In this document: positions 54,188 through 63,587 of the stretch, in pieces | Numbering within the stretch: the stretch's first letter is position 1 | Layout: every line of letters starts with the position of its first letter | Assembly: GCA_045576355.1 (NCBI GenBank) | Contig: JAZNGG010000015.1 | Location: forward strand, 9,123-73,122 | DNA: 64,000 nt | From: Bacteroidales bacterium | GTDB lineage: Bacteria > Bacteroidota > Bacteroidia > Bacteroidales > UBA3663 | Reading direction: 5' to 3' | Notes under the pieces: generated by a model | Told to the model about the DNA's origin: nothing | Database searches by the model: none | The model's input: the letters and a program-made list of their open reading frames with translations, nothing else | Made by a program: the position numbers and the translations under genes

Positions 54188-54862
54188 TTAAAGCAAGTCC
54201 GGGCGAAGCTTTTGAGTCCGTTCGACAGCCTGCTCGTGCTCCCACTCACGGATCTTTCTTTCATGTCCTGACAGTAGAATCTCCGGCACCTTCCATCCCT
54301 TATAGTCTGCCGGGCGAGTATAAACCGGAGGGGCAAGCAGATTATCTTGAAAACTATCAGACAGCGCACTCTGCTCATCACCAATCGCACCCGGTATAAC
54401 ACGTATAACTGCATCAGCAATAATAGCAGCAGGTAGTTCTCCTCCGGTTAGGACATAATCTCCGATCGTTATTTCTTTGGTGATCAGATGTTCACGGATT
54501 CGATAGTCAATCCCCTTATAATGACCACAGAGGATGATAATGTTTTCCAGCATCGACAGTGCATTGGCCATCGGCTGATTAAACTGCTCGCCATCCGGAG
54601 TCACAAAGATCACCTCGTCATAGTCCCTTTCTGCTTTGAGAGCACTGATACAACGATCGATCGGTTCGCACTGCATCACCATGCCGGCAGTTCCCCCAAA
54701 GGCATAATCATCGACCCGACGATGACGAAGATCTGTGCTATAGTCACGCAGGTTGTGAATATGTATCTCAGCCAGCCCTTTGGCTTGTGCCCGCTTAATA
54801 ATAGACTGATTGAGCGGTCCCTCTAAAAGTTCGGGGAGAACAGTAATAATATCGATGCGCAT
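54188..54862 (-). CDS. trmD: tRNA (guanine37-N1)-methyltransferase
   Basis: [13 protein letters not shown]..., [13 protein letters not shown] and [13 protein letters not shown]. Confidence 0.95.
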   Translation of the reverse strand: MRIDIITVLPELLEGPLNQSIIKRAQAKGLAEIHIHNLRDYSTDLRHRRVDDYAFGGTAGMVMQCEPIDRCISALKAERDYDEVIFVTPDGEQFNQPMANALSMLENIIILCGHYKGIDYRIREHLITKEITIGDYVLTGGELPAAIIADAVIRVIPGAIGDEQSALSDSFQDNLLAPPVYTRPADYKGWKVPEILLSGHERKIREWEHEQAVERTQKLRPDLL

Positions 54863-55048
54863 AATAGATTAAGCAAATTATGTTATTGGCGTAGCAAAAG
54901 TACATAAAAAAATCCATAAACGCCCCTTTTCTCTCCTTTTTTGTTATCTGCCACCTCTCTTCCATACATTTTCGCATCTTTCATGATCTTGTTTTCAAGG
55001 TTTTTCTTTATCTTCGCAGTGTTATACACTTATATTAATTATCTTCTT

Positions 55049-57883
55049 ATGAAACATTTATTACAACATTTAGCCGTTCTCATCGCGGCTTTGTTTATCG
55101 GAGTGGGGGCACTGCATGCTGACATGACCGAAAAAACACTATTGGCCAATGGCAACACCAGTAACGAACCCAATGCCGGTACGAGCTATAGCATCAGTGG
55201 CACGTATGTAGCCGGAGGTGGCAATGTCAATTGCCCTCTCATCAGCGATAAAGGAGTGAAACTCCGCTGCCAGCGTCAAGCCGGAGACCTCAATAATACG
55301 ATCCGAATCGACGTAAACGAGGGCTTTTTGATTACCGGTGTACAGGGACAGGCAGTCTCCAATTATGACACCCCATGCACCTTGACTGCAGTCTATGTGG
55401 ATGGTGACACAGAGCATAATCTCCTCACGACCTCCTGCACATTCCCCGCTAAGGGAGAGACTGCTACAAAGTTTGAGGTGAATGGCTTTGAAGCAAAAAG
55501 TTATGTCGATCTTGTGACAGACGGAGGTAGTGCTCAGGTCAATTTCGGAGCGATCATCTCTTATAAGCTCCCGGCCATGCCCGATCCCGACGCTAATGAC
55601 ATTCTCTATCTTTACAACTCCTCTTATGCCACATACTGCGGCATCAATAAGGACCCCCTCTATGCAGCCATAGCTGATCATCTTTCCACCTCGGGCCTCG
55701 ACCTGGTGGCTTATGACATGAACGGCAGAAGTGCTTCAGATCTGGATCAAGTAGCACTCGCCCGTGCCATCATCTCCACAGAGGCTAATGCCGGTTCTAA
55801 CGAACTCGGTGTAGCTCTCGCTGAAGCCGCCACCCAAGTGCCGATGCTCAATCTGAAAACCTTCTACTTCAGCAGCGGAAGATGGGGATGGGGCACAGCA
55901 GCCAATCCCTCTGCTCCCACACCAACCATCACTATTGGAGCTCCGGGCCTGGCACTTTTTGAAGGCCTTCTTATGACAGATGAAGGGCAAGCAGATCTCT
56001 TCACTCCTACCACTCTGAGTAATCTGATACAGGGAGCCTCCATCTCTGGCAACGATGTGGAGACTTTGGCAGAGGTGGAAAACTATCAAGCCGTATTCTC
56101 TCGTGGAGACAACTTCATCCACATCGGCTACTCTTATGACGACATCTCTGAGATCAATGGCAATGGCAAACAATTGGTACTCAACGCACTCGATCTTTTG
56201 CTGGCAGGTAAGGGATTTAAAACACCGAGGACACAGCCCCGCCTGGTTCACATGACGATCGATGGAGCCGCCGTCTCCTCTGCATTTTTAGGACGGCTCT
56301 CCGGAGGGGAAACCACAGAGACTCTTTATGCCCTTCCCGATGCATTTCCGGTCGTAGCAGCCGAAGCTACAGCCGGTGGCACAGTAGAAATACAACAAGC
56401 CACAGCCGCAACCCCAAAAGCAGTTATCACTCTGAAGGATGCTACCGGGACCGAGTTGAAGACCTATGTCATCCACTTCAATATCAAGGTAAAAGAAGCA
56501 GCCGAGAAACATAAATTTGACTTCGTAGTAGGAGTTGACGGAGATATCAACGAGGCTTTTGCCGCCATCGAACGCTTCTCCGGATCCGGTCGTTATCACG
56601 TCTTCATCCCCGATGGGACACACCGCCTCACCGGTAATACAACAATCAACATCGAAGAGAGCCGCACATGGAATGACTCGACCGGTGTGGACAATCGTAA
56701 TTATGTCGGACAACAATATAACAATGCAATGACATGGATCAAAAAGAGTAATATTTCACTGGTCGGTCAGAGCACATCCGGTACAATCCTCTATAATGAG
56801 CCACTTTTCTGCGGCATCTCATACACCTCTACGGTCGAACTCCGCAACAGCGCTAAAGACTGTTACCTGCAGGATCTCACCCTCAAAAACAATTATGCTT
56901 ATGGCAGACACGATCGCGGTGTGGCAGTAGCATTCTACGATCGCGGCACCCGCTCCATCCTCAAAAATGTCAAACTTTGGAGCAACCAAGACACATATAC
57001 CTCTGCCGGCGATCGTTGCTATTATGAGACCTCAGAAATCTGCGGCACGGTGGACTTTATCTGTGGCAGCGGCAATATGTGGTTTGAGCGGTGTAATCTC
57101 ACCATCAACAATCGCTCGGGCAACGTCATCACTGCTCCTCGCACTACCGAATCTCAGGCTTGGGGTTATGTCTTCAATCACTGTGTCATAGACCGTGCAT
57201 CGGGTGCCTCCTCTGTCAAAGATGGCAACTGGACATTAGGCCGTCCTTGGGGAGCTTCTCCTGCTGCCACTTATCTGCACACGACAATGAAGGTAAAACC
57301 AAGCAATGCAGCTTGGACTAAAATGACCAACGATCTGGTATGCCGATTCCACGAATTTGGCAGTGTGGACGTGAACGGCAATGCCATCAGCCTCTCCTCT
57401 CGATCCATCTCAGCTTGCAATCCCGCAGAAGGCAGTGACAACCCGGTACTTAGTGCAGCAGAAGCAGCACTCTATACGGTGGAAAAAGTCTTAGGTGGAG
57501 AGGATGGATATGATCCGACAGAACTGACAAGTCAATGTAATGCTCCGGCTGTCACAGCAGAGGGTAACCTATTGACATGGGACGATGATGTTTATGCCTC
57601 TTGCTATGTGATTTTCCTCGATGGTGAATATCTGGCTAACCAGGTAGAAACCACTTTCCGTGCCACACTACCCGGCAAATATACCGTGCGAGCAGCCAAT
57701 GGACGAGGTGGTCTCGGAGCGGCATCAGCTCCCGTAGAGATTGCAACCAGTGGTGTCGATAACATCTCTGCGACAACTCTTACTGATGATAATAAACTCT
57801 ATGACCTGAGTGGTCGTCCAGTGCAAAAACACTCTCGCCCGGGCATTTATATCCAAGGCAATAAGACCATTATAAAAAACTAA
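55049..57883 (+). CDS. Pectinesterase (CE8) with a large N-terminal region and a T9SS sorting domain
   Basis: Start trimmed to MKHLLQHLAVLIAALFIGVGALHA. CE8 motifs are WSNQDTY, GTVDFICGSG and LGRPWG. The C-terminus is ...LYDLSGRPVQKHSRPGIYIQGNKTIIKN. Confidence 0.85.
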   Translation: MKHLLQHLAVLIAALFIGVGALHADMTEKTLLANGNTSNEPNAGTSYSISGTYVAGGGNVNCPLISDKGVKLRCQRQAGDLNNTIRIDVNEGFLITGVQGQAVSNYDTPCTLTAVYVDGDTEHNLLTTSCTFPAKGETATKFEVNGFEAKSYVDLVTDGGSAQVNFGAIISYKLPAMPDPDANDILYLYNSSYATYCGINKDPLYAAIADHLSTSGLDLVAYDMNGRSASDLDQVALARAIISTEANAGSNELGVALAEAATQVPMLNLKTFYFSSGRWGWGTAANPSAPTPTITIGAPGLALFEGLLMTDEGQADLFTPTTLSNLIQGASISGNDVETLAEVENYQAVFSRGDNFIHIGYSYDDISEINGNGKQLVLNALDLLLAGKGFKTPRTQPRLVHMTIDGAAVSSAFLGRLSGGETTETLYALPDAFPVVAAEATAGGTVEIQQATAATPKAVITLKDATGTELKTYVIHFNIKVKEAAEKHKFDFVVGVDGDINEAFAAIERFSGSGRYHVFIPDGTHRLTGNTTINIEESRTWNDSTGVDNRNYVGQQYNNAMTWIKKSNISLVGQSTSGTILYNEPLFCGISYTSTVELRNSAKDCYLQDLTLKNNYAYGRHDRGVAVAFYDRGTRSILKNVKLWSNQDTYTSAGDRCYYETSEICGTVDFICGSGNMWFERCNLTINNRSGNVITAPRTTESQAWGYVFNHCVIDRASGASSVKDGNWTLGRPWGASPAATYLHTTMKVKPSNAAWTKMTNDLVCRFHEFGSVDVNGNAISLSSRSISACNPAEGSDNPVLSAAEAALYTVEKVLGGEDGYDPTELTSQCNAPAVTAEGNLLTWDDDVYASCYVIFLDGEYLANQVETTFRATLPGKYTVRAANGRGGLGAASAPVEIATSGVDNISATTLTDDNKLYDLSGRPVQKHSRPGIYIQGNKTIIKN

Positions 57884-57928
57884 GCACATTCACAAATAAG
57901 CCTCTAAAAGGCATTCCGGGATAAATCA

Positions 57929-57960
57929 GCGAGGACAGATCGATGAGATTTTGTCCTCGC
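57929..57960 (+). terminator. 9-bp-stem hairpin after the pectinesterase gene
   Basis: GCGAGGACA, a 14-nt loop, TGTCCTCGC. The trailing T-run is weak. Confidence 0.45.
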
Positions 57961-58614
57961 ATTACTTTATCCCCATCGATCATTAGCCCCAAAAGACGAT
58001 ATTAAGCTATTGCTGTGTCTGTTTTCAGACGATAGTGCACACCTTCTCACCCGTCTTACGCTAATCGGACAACTCCTGTTGGATCTATGTTGCCTTATGC
58101 TCTATATATTAATCAGTAAATAAAACTATATTCATCCCTTAACATAGATAATAAGAACGCTTTAAATAAGCATGAAGAACTCCAATTATTTAATAAATAC
58201 AATATTGCGGCGGATTATACATAACATTGTGGAGCATTATCCCAAATATTGTGTATAATTGTACTGCGTATTGTGTACATTTTTATGAAGGCATTTTTTA
58301 TGGGTTTGTTTGCCTGTCCTAATACTTTTAATAAGCGTTCCTATCTACTTTCTTGTGCTATTCTTTTTGGAGTATGTCCCGTTATGTTTATAAACACCTC
58401 TGCACCAAGTATGACGACCTCAGGAGGGCAAGCAAATGCGCACTTACCGACAGACGTTCATTGGGAAAGAGCCCTAAAACCGGATTCTGACGATAGCTTA
58501 TAAAGTAGAACCAGCCATAATATCAAGCAAACCTTAATCTTCAGAGCTGCGTCTTCGAGAGGCAACTTGATGGTCTAAAGACCGACTTGGGGTTAATCAC
58601 ATTATTACATAGCT

Positions 58615-58648
58615 AAAGCGGGTGCGCCAATTTTGACGCACCCGCTTT
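58615..58648. terminator. 12-bp-stem hairpin with the conserved loop CCAATTTTGA, downstream of the FKBP-like gene
   Basis: AAAGCGGGTGCG, loop ccaattttga, CGCACCCGCTTT. It is related to the hairpin at 49183-49212. Confidence 0.5.
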
Positions 58649-58747
58649 CACATCCTTATACTTATTCTTATGCCCGACAGAAGCCTAAAAATTTATACTC
58701 TCCAAAGCATTAAGTGGTTTAGATATTCACCTTTACCGGTTACTCTC

Positions 58748-59419
58748 CTAACGTTTTTGAGCTTTGCTTGTACCTCCCCACCAAGTGATGTCACACAACT
58801 CTATGCGGAAGAACAAAGACGAGTAGGGCTTAATGCCGCCGGAGGATTGCCCTGCCTGACCGTAGCCTAATTGCCAAGGCACAGCGATCAGCCAAGAGTC
58901 TCCGATATGCATATTCTGAAGCACATCTGCCCATCCATCAATGACATCAGCACATGTAAAGTCCTCAAAAAACAACACCTGCATAGACTCTAACGTATCA
59001 GCCTTGATCGAACTATCAAAAAAGATCGAGTCCATCACAGCCGGATCATTAAACGAAGTACCATCCGCAGGGAGAAGATCGAGCACTGACTCCGTATCAT
59101 AGAGGGTGTAGTGCACCTTCAACGTACTAGTAAAATAAGGGGAATACCATTTATTGATTGCTCGCAGACTATCTTCGTTAGCCGCTTTCAGCACACGATA
59201 GTAGGTCTTAAACGAAGGGTAAGACAAGGACTGAATCGCATTAGCAAAATAAGCCTCCTCTCCATAGTCTGACAAATAACCTTCCATCGTATTAAACAAC
59301 GAATCGTTACGATCTCGCCAATCGTAGTACTTGCTGTAATCTACTACATTGGTATCATCGTCTATACACGAGACTATGAGCATCGGCAAGGCCAAAAGGG
59401 CAAAAAAGATTCTTTTCAA
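58748..59419 (-). CDS. FKBP-type peptidyl-prolyl isomerase-like lipoprotein
   Basis: A TTG start gives the lipoprotein signal MKRIFFALLALPMLIVSC. The C-terminal block GWADVLQNMHIGDSWLIAVPWQLGYGQAG...SSLFFRIEL is FKBP-like. Confidence 0.6.
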   Translation of the reverse strand: MKRIFFALLALPMLIVSCIDDDTNVVDYSKYYDWRDRNDSLFNTMEGYLSDYGEEAYFANAIQSLSYPSFKTYYRVLKAANEDSLRAINKWYSPYFTSTLKVHYTLYDTESVLDLLPADGTSFNDPAVMDSIFFDSSIKADTLESMQVLFFEDFTCADVIDGWADVLQNMHIGDSWLIAVPWQLGYGQAGQSSGGIKPYSSLFFRIELCDITWWGGTSKAQKR

Positions 59420-59443
59420 AGCAATAAAGTTTTTTAGAGTGTT

Positions 59444-60994
59444 TTAATCATTCTCGATCTTGCGGAGCAAAGATGAGATATTGACAGAGTCACCGATAAT
59501 CTTGTGCAAGTCAGCAATAGCCACACGCTCTTGAGCCATCGTGTCACGATAACGCAAAGTCACGGTGTTATCCTCCAAGGTCTGATGATCGATCGTGACA
59601 CAATAAGGAGTACCGATAGCATCCTGACGACGATAACGCTTACCGATAGAGTCCTTGATGTCTATCTGACAAGTGTAGTCATAACGGAGTTCCTTCATGA
59701 TCTCATCAGCCTTCTCCGGGAGACCATCTTTTTTCACAAGAGGCAAGATAGCCACCTTCACCGGTGCTAAAGCAGCCGGCAAGGAGAGGACTACACGAGT
59801 CTCGCCATTTTCGAGTTGCTCCTCCTTATAAGAAGCTGCCATCACGCTGAGGAACATACGATCCACACCGATTGAGGTCTCAATGACATAGGGTGTGTAA
59901 GACTCTTTAGTTTCAGGATCAAAGTACTCAATCTTCTTACCACTGAACTTAGCGTGCTGAGAAAGATCGAAGTTAGTACGGCTGTGGATACCCTCCACCT
60001 CCTTAAAGCCAAACGGCATGTTAAACTCGATGTCAGTGGCCGCATTGGCATAGTGAGCCAACTTTTCATGATCGTGATAACGATACATGCAATCGCCAAA
60101 GCCAAGCGCTTTATGCCATTTGAGACGAGTCTCTTTCCACTTGGCAAACCAGTCTAACTCTGTGCCGGGCTTCACAAAGAACTGCATCTCCATCTGCTCA
60201 AACTCACGCATACGGAAGATAAACTGACGAGCCACGATCTCATTACGGAATGCCTTACCGATCTGAGCGATACCAAAAGGCAACTTCATACGGCCGGTCT
60301 TCTGCACATTGAGGAAGTTGACAAAGATGCCTTGTGCCGTCTCAGGACGCAAATACACCTTCATAGCGCCATCAGCAGTCGAACCCATCTCAGTAGAGAA
60401 CATCAAGTTAAACTGACGCACATCAGTCCAGTTACGGGTACCACTGATCGGATCCACGATCTCCTCGTCGAGAATGATCTGCTTCAGTTCTTCGAGATTC
60501 ATCTCGTTCATTGCCACACTGTAGCGCTCATGCAGCGCATCCCACTTAGCCTGATTTTCGAGGACGCGAGGATTGGTCTCACGGAACTTCTGTTCGTCAA
60601 AAGCCTCACCAAATCTCTTGGCAGCCTTCTCCACCTCTTTCTTCATCTTATCCTCATACTTCGCCAGCTGTTCCTCGATCAGAACGTCTGCACGATAACG
60701 CTTCTTAGAGTCACGATTATCGATCAACGGATCATTAAAAGCATCGACATGGCCGGAAGCCTTCCAAATAGTCGGGTGCATAAAGATGGCTGAATCGATA
60801 CCGACAATATTCTCATGGAGGAGAGTCATAGCCCGCCACCAATACTGTTTGATATTGTTTTTCAGTTCGACACCATTCTGACCATAATCATAAACAGCTC
60901 CGAGACCATCATAAATTTCACTTGAGGGGAACACAAAGCCGTACTCCTTACAGTGAGAAACCAGCTTTTTGAAAACATCTTCCTGAGTAGCCAT
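59444..60994 (-). CDS. glyQS: Glycine--tRNA ligase (dimeric class II type)
   Basis: 516 aa. Class II motifs (FRNEI..., GIDR) and a C-terminal anticodon-binding domain. Confidence 0.95.
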   Translation of the reverse strand: MATQEDVFKKLVSHCKEYGFVFPSSEIYDGLGAVYDYGQNGVELKNNIKQYWWRAMTLLHENIVGIDSAIFMHPTIWKASGHVDAFNDPLIDNRDSKKRYRADVLIEEQLAKYEDKMKKEVEKAAKRFGEAFDEQKFRETNPRVLENQAKWDALHERYSVAMNEMNLEELKQIILDEEIVDPISGTRNWTDVRQFNLMFSTEMGSTADGAMKVYLRPETAQGIFVNFLNVQKTGRMKLPFGIAQIGKAFRNEIVARQFIFRMREFEQMEMQFFVKPGTELDWFAKWKETRLKWHKALGFGDCMYRYHDHEKLAHYANAATDIEFNMPFGFKEVEGIHSRTNFDLSQHAKFSGKKIEYFDPETKESYTPYVIETSIGVDRMFLSVMAASYKEEQLENGETRVVLSLPAALAPVKVAILPLVKKDGLPEKADEIMKELRYDYTCQIDIKDSIGKRYRRQDAIGTPYCVTIDHQTLEDNTVTLRYRDTMAQERVAIADLHKIIGDSVNISSLLRKIEND

Positions 60995-61100
60995 TGTTTT
61001 TGATTTATTGATATATTATAATTGTTTCTTTTAAACTTTAAACACAAAGAGATAAATGCTTCTTTGCGATCCAATAACCATTGGGGTGTTAAATGCGGCG

Positions 61101-61108
61101 CAAAGATA
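61101..61108 (-). promoter_or_regulatory. -7 promoter box (TAtcTTTG) for glyQS
   Basis: The reverse complement of CAAAGATA, about 105 nt upstream of the ATG at 60994. Confidence 0.45.
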
Positions 61109-61227
61109 ACTCTTTTCCCACACATAAGCGGTAAATCCTACAATAATTTCACTTCAGAGAGACGATAATTGACAGATTTTTAGCATTCGAAGTCTCCAAC
61201 TTACAATCTTTAACTACAATGGTTTCG

Positions 61228-61938
61228 TTAGTTTTTAGCGTGTTGTCTTCTTTTATAACACATCGCGTAGTCGCACAGACCGCATGAGTATTGTTGGGGT
61301 TTCACCTCTTTACCCACACCGATTACACCACTAACCGACTTGATGGGAAGCATAAGACAAGACTCGGTCAAACGGATACCGCAGGGAGTGGACGAAGGGA
61401 AGAGAGAGAAAAGCTCCTTCTGTCCGGACAAATGCCAACCACAATAACCGGGACTGAACCGTAACGTATGATGCAAATCCACCGAGTCTAACCGGCTCTG
61501 CAAGTCTGCCTCCATAAGGTCTGCCACTTTTTCGACCAATGCCGACCCGATGGCATCCGCAATATAAACTTTCAGCATATCACCCTCTCGCTTCAGTTGC
61601 TCCATCCACAGATCAAACTCCTCTCCGACTGTCGCTGTAAAAATGAGAAACAGCGTGGCATCTTGGAGTTGGTGGGCAATGATCTTCCCCACCTGAAAAA
61701 GAGACTTCCGCTCTGCTCCCAATGTTAAGGTTGCGGCCGTTCGGTCAAGAGTTCCCGGTACGAAAAGATAGGTATAGCGGGGCAAAGCACAACTCACAGC
61801 TTCTGCATAGAGGGCATCCACCTCCCGGATTAAAGAATCTCCTTCGCTATGATGCGGCAAAGCATCTCCCATCGCCTCCAGTATCTCGGAGCGCGAGAGA
61901 GCCCATTCATCATGAGAAAGTTTTCGTTCGATTTGCAT
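61228..61938 (-). CDS. Protein with a vitamin-B12-dependent methionine synthase activation-domain-like fold
   Basis: RFSPGYCGWHLSGQKELFSLF resembles the SPGYG-type block of Met_synt_B12-like proteins. These commonly sit beside URO-D-family methyltransferases. Confidence 0.55.
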   Translation of the reverse strand: MQIERKLSHDEWALSRSEILEAMGDALPHHSEGDSLIREVDALYAEAVSCALPRYTYLFVPGTLDRTAATLTLGAERKSLFQVGKIIAHQLQDATLFLIFTATVGEEFDLWMEQLKREGDMLKVYIADAIGSALVEKVADLMEADLQSRLDSVDLHHTLRFSPGYCGWHLSGQKELFSLFPSSTPCGIRLTESCLMLPIKSVSGVIGVGKEVKPQQYSCGLCDYAMCYKRRQHAKN

Positions 61939-61971
61939 TTTGGTTGAGTAGTTGAAAGGATGAATGGATTC

Positions 61972-62163
61972 TTAGAGAAAAGGAAAACTGAAAGGTGAAA
62001 ACTGAAAACAAAGCCAAAAGCCATAGCGGACGAAGTCCTTGTTTAGTTTAGAAGTTTATTTTTTAGCACGCGAAGCCCATGACCAAATAAAGATGAAAAC
62101 TGAAAACAAAACCATCAGCCATAGCAAGGCGCAGTCCCCTAAACCACTAAACCAACACTGCCA
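61972..62163. repeat. Mosaic intergenic repeat locus R7
   Basis: A GA tract, CCATAGCGGACGAAGTCC, TTGTTTAGTTTAGAAGTTTATTTTTT, CGCGAAGCCCATGACCAAATAAAG, a second GA tract, CCATCAGCCATAGCAAGGCGCAGTCCCC and CTAAACCACTAAACC. Confidence 0.85.
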
Positions 62164-63198
62164 TCAGCCAATATTCCACTTTGCCACTGCATCAAAGAAA
62201 GCTTCTATATTGGCAGCAGATACTCCGGGAGGAATATCACAACCCGAGGAGATAACAAAATTGCGATATGTCTGAGTAGCATCCAAGAGTTTCAGAGTCT
62301 CCTTACGCACCTCGTCCGGACTTGCCTGTTGGAAAATACTAACAGGATCAATATTACCCATCACTAAGACATCTGAGGGACACTCCTGCAAAGCAGCTGT
62401 CATATCGATCTTATTACCGAAATGATAAGCCGCAGCACCTGAAGCCACCATGGCCGAAGTGCATTGTCCTGTATTGCCACAATTATGAAGGATTACCATA
62501 AAATGCTCATCCTGAACACGCTCCACGATTTCCTTGACATAAACCGAGGAGAAGAGGCGGCAATCATCGTCTGAAAGGAGTCCTGCTGCCGGCTCAGCCA
62601 TCATAACCCCCTGCACGCCACAGGCTTTCAACGCCAAGCAGTAATCGATCAGAAATGCCGTACACTTCTCCAGCAACCGGCGCGCAGCAGCCGGATTGAC
62701 ATAGATCAGCATCATGATCTCAGACATGTCATAAAGTCGGCCGGCCAAAGAGTAGGGTCCGATACAACCCGCCAAGACCGGACGATCTGTGATGCTCCGA
62801 GAGAGGAGCAGATTGGCACGCAGATATTCGGGTACGCGACCGGCAGAAAGCGCCGGAACCTGCAGACGATCGATGTCTCGCTCGTTGTGGAGCAGCCTGC
62901 CGACGACACTCGGCACTTCATCTTCCGGAAAGACCACCTCTGCGCCAAAAGCCTCAGCCTCCACCGTCAGATCCATAATCACCGTGGCAGCTGCACCCGG
63001 ATAACGATGAGCGACAGCCTCAACGGCTTCGGCATGAACACGACCATCGGTCACCGCACGACACACAGTCTGTCCGATCATTTCGATTCCCGGATGAGTC
63101 ATAATCGGGCAAGCCACCCGATTATGTGACACCATAATCTCATTTGCCCAATGGGACATATCACACTGCTTCATTGTATAACTCTTTAATTCTTTCAC
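62164..63198 (-). CDS. Uroporphyrinogen decarboxylase-family methyltransferase (MtaA/CmuA-like)
   Basis: 344 aa with a URO-D fold. It is typical of corrinoid-dependent methyltransferase systems. Confidence 0.75.
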   Translation of the reverse strand: MKELKSYTMKQCDMSHWANEIMVSHNRVACPIMTHPGIEMIGQTVCRAVTDGRVHAEAVEAVAHRYPGAAATVIMDLTVEAEAFGAEVVFPEDEVPSVVGRLLHNERDIDRLQVPALSAGRVPEYLRANLLLSRSITDRPVLAGCIGPYSLAGRLYDMSEIMMLIYVNPAAARRLLEKCTAFLIDYCLALKACGVQGVMMAEPAAGLLSDDDCRLFSSVYVKEIVERVQDEHFMVILHNCGNTGQCTSAMVASGAAAYHFGNKIDMTAALQECPSDVLVMGNIDPVSIFQQASPDEVRKETLKLLDATQTYRNFVISSGCDIPPGVSAANIEAFFDAVAKWNIG

Positions 63199-63209
63199 TT
63201 TTAGTCAGG

Positions 63210-63217
63210 CAAATGTA
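63210..63217 (-). promoter_or_regulatory. -7 promoter box (TAcaTTTG) for the URO-D-family gene
   Basis: The reverse complement of CAAATGTA, about 12 nt upstream of the ATG at 63198. Confidence 0.45.
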
Positions 63218-63321
63218 AGAAATAATATGTAATTATCCGAAATCTCAGGCGAAAAAGCTACAAACTTTCCTTAATACAAGAAAAAATTATTACCTTCGCT
63301 CCGAAAAACATCTTTTCTTGG

Positions 63322-63562
63322 CAAAGAAAAGTAAAGAGCAAAGAGAAGCCATCAACCATTGCGGACGAAGTCCTTGTTTGGTTTAAAAGTTTAAAGGTTT
63401 AGAAGTTTATTTTTTCAACCCTTCAACCACTCAAACCTTCAACCCGCGAAGCCCACGACCAAATAAAGAGCAAAGATGAAAGAGCAAAGCCATAGCCATC
63501 GCCATCAGCCATAGCAGGGCGCAGCCCTTTAAACCCCTCAACCCTTCAACCACTCAACCAAA
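63322..63562. repeat. Mosaic intergenic repeat locus R8
   Basis: Same module order as R7 and R2. A GA tract, GCGGACGAAGTCC, TTGTTTGGTTTAAAAGTTTAAAGGTTTAGAAGTTTATTTTTT, CAACCCTTCAACC, CGCGAAGCCCACGACCAAATAAAG, a second GA tract, CCATAGCC/CCATCGCC/CCATCAGCCATAGCAGGGCGCAGCCC and heptamers. Confidence 0.85.
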
Positions 63563-63587
63563 ACAAAACCAATTACTACTATACACG

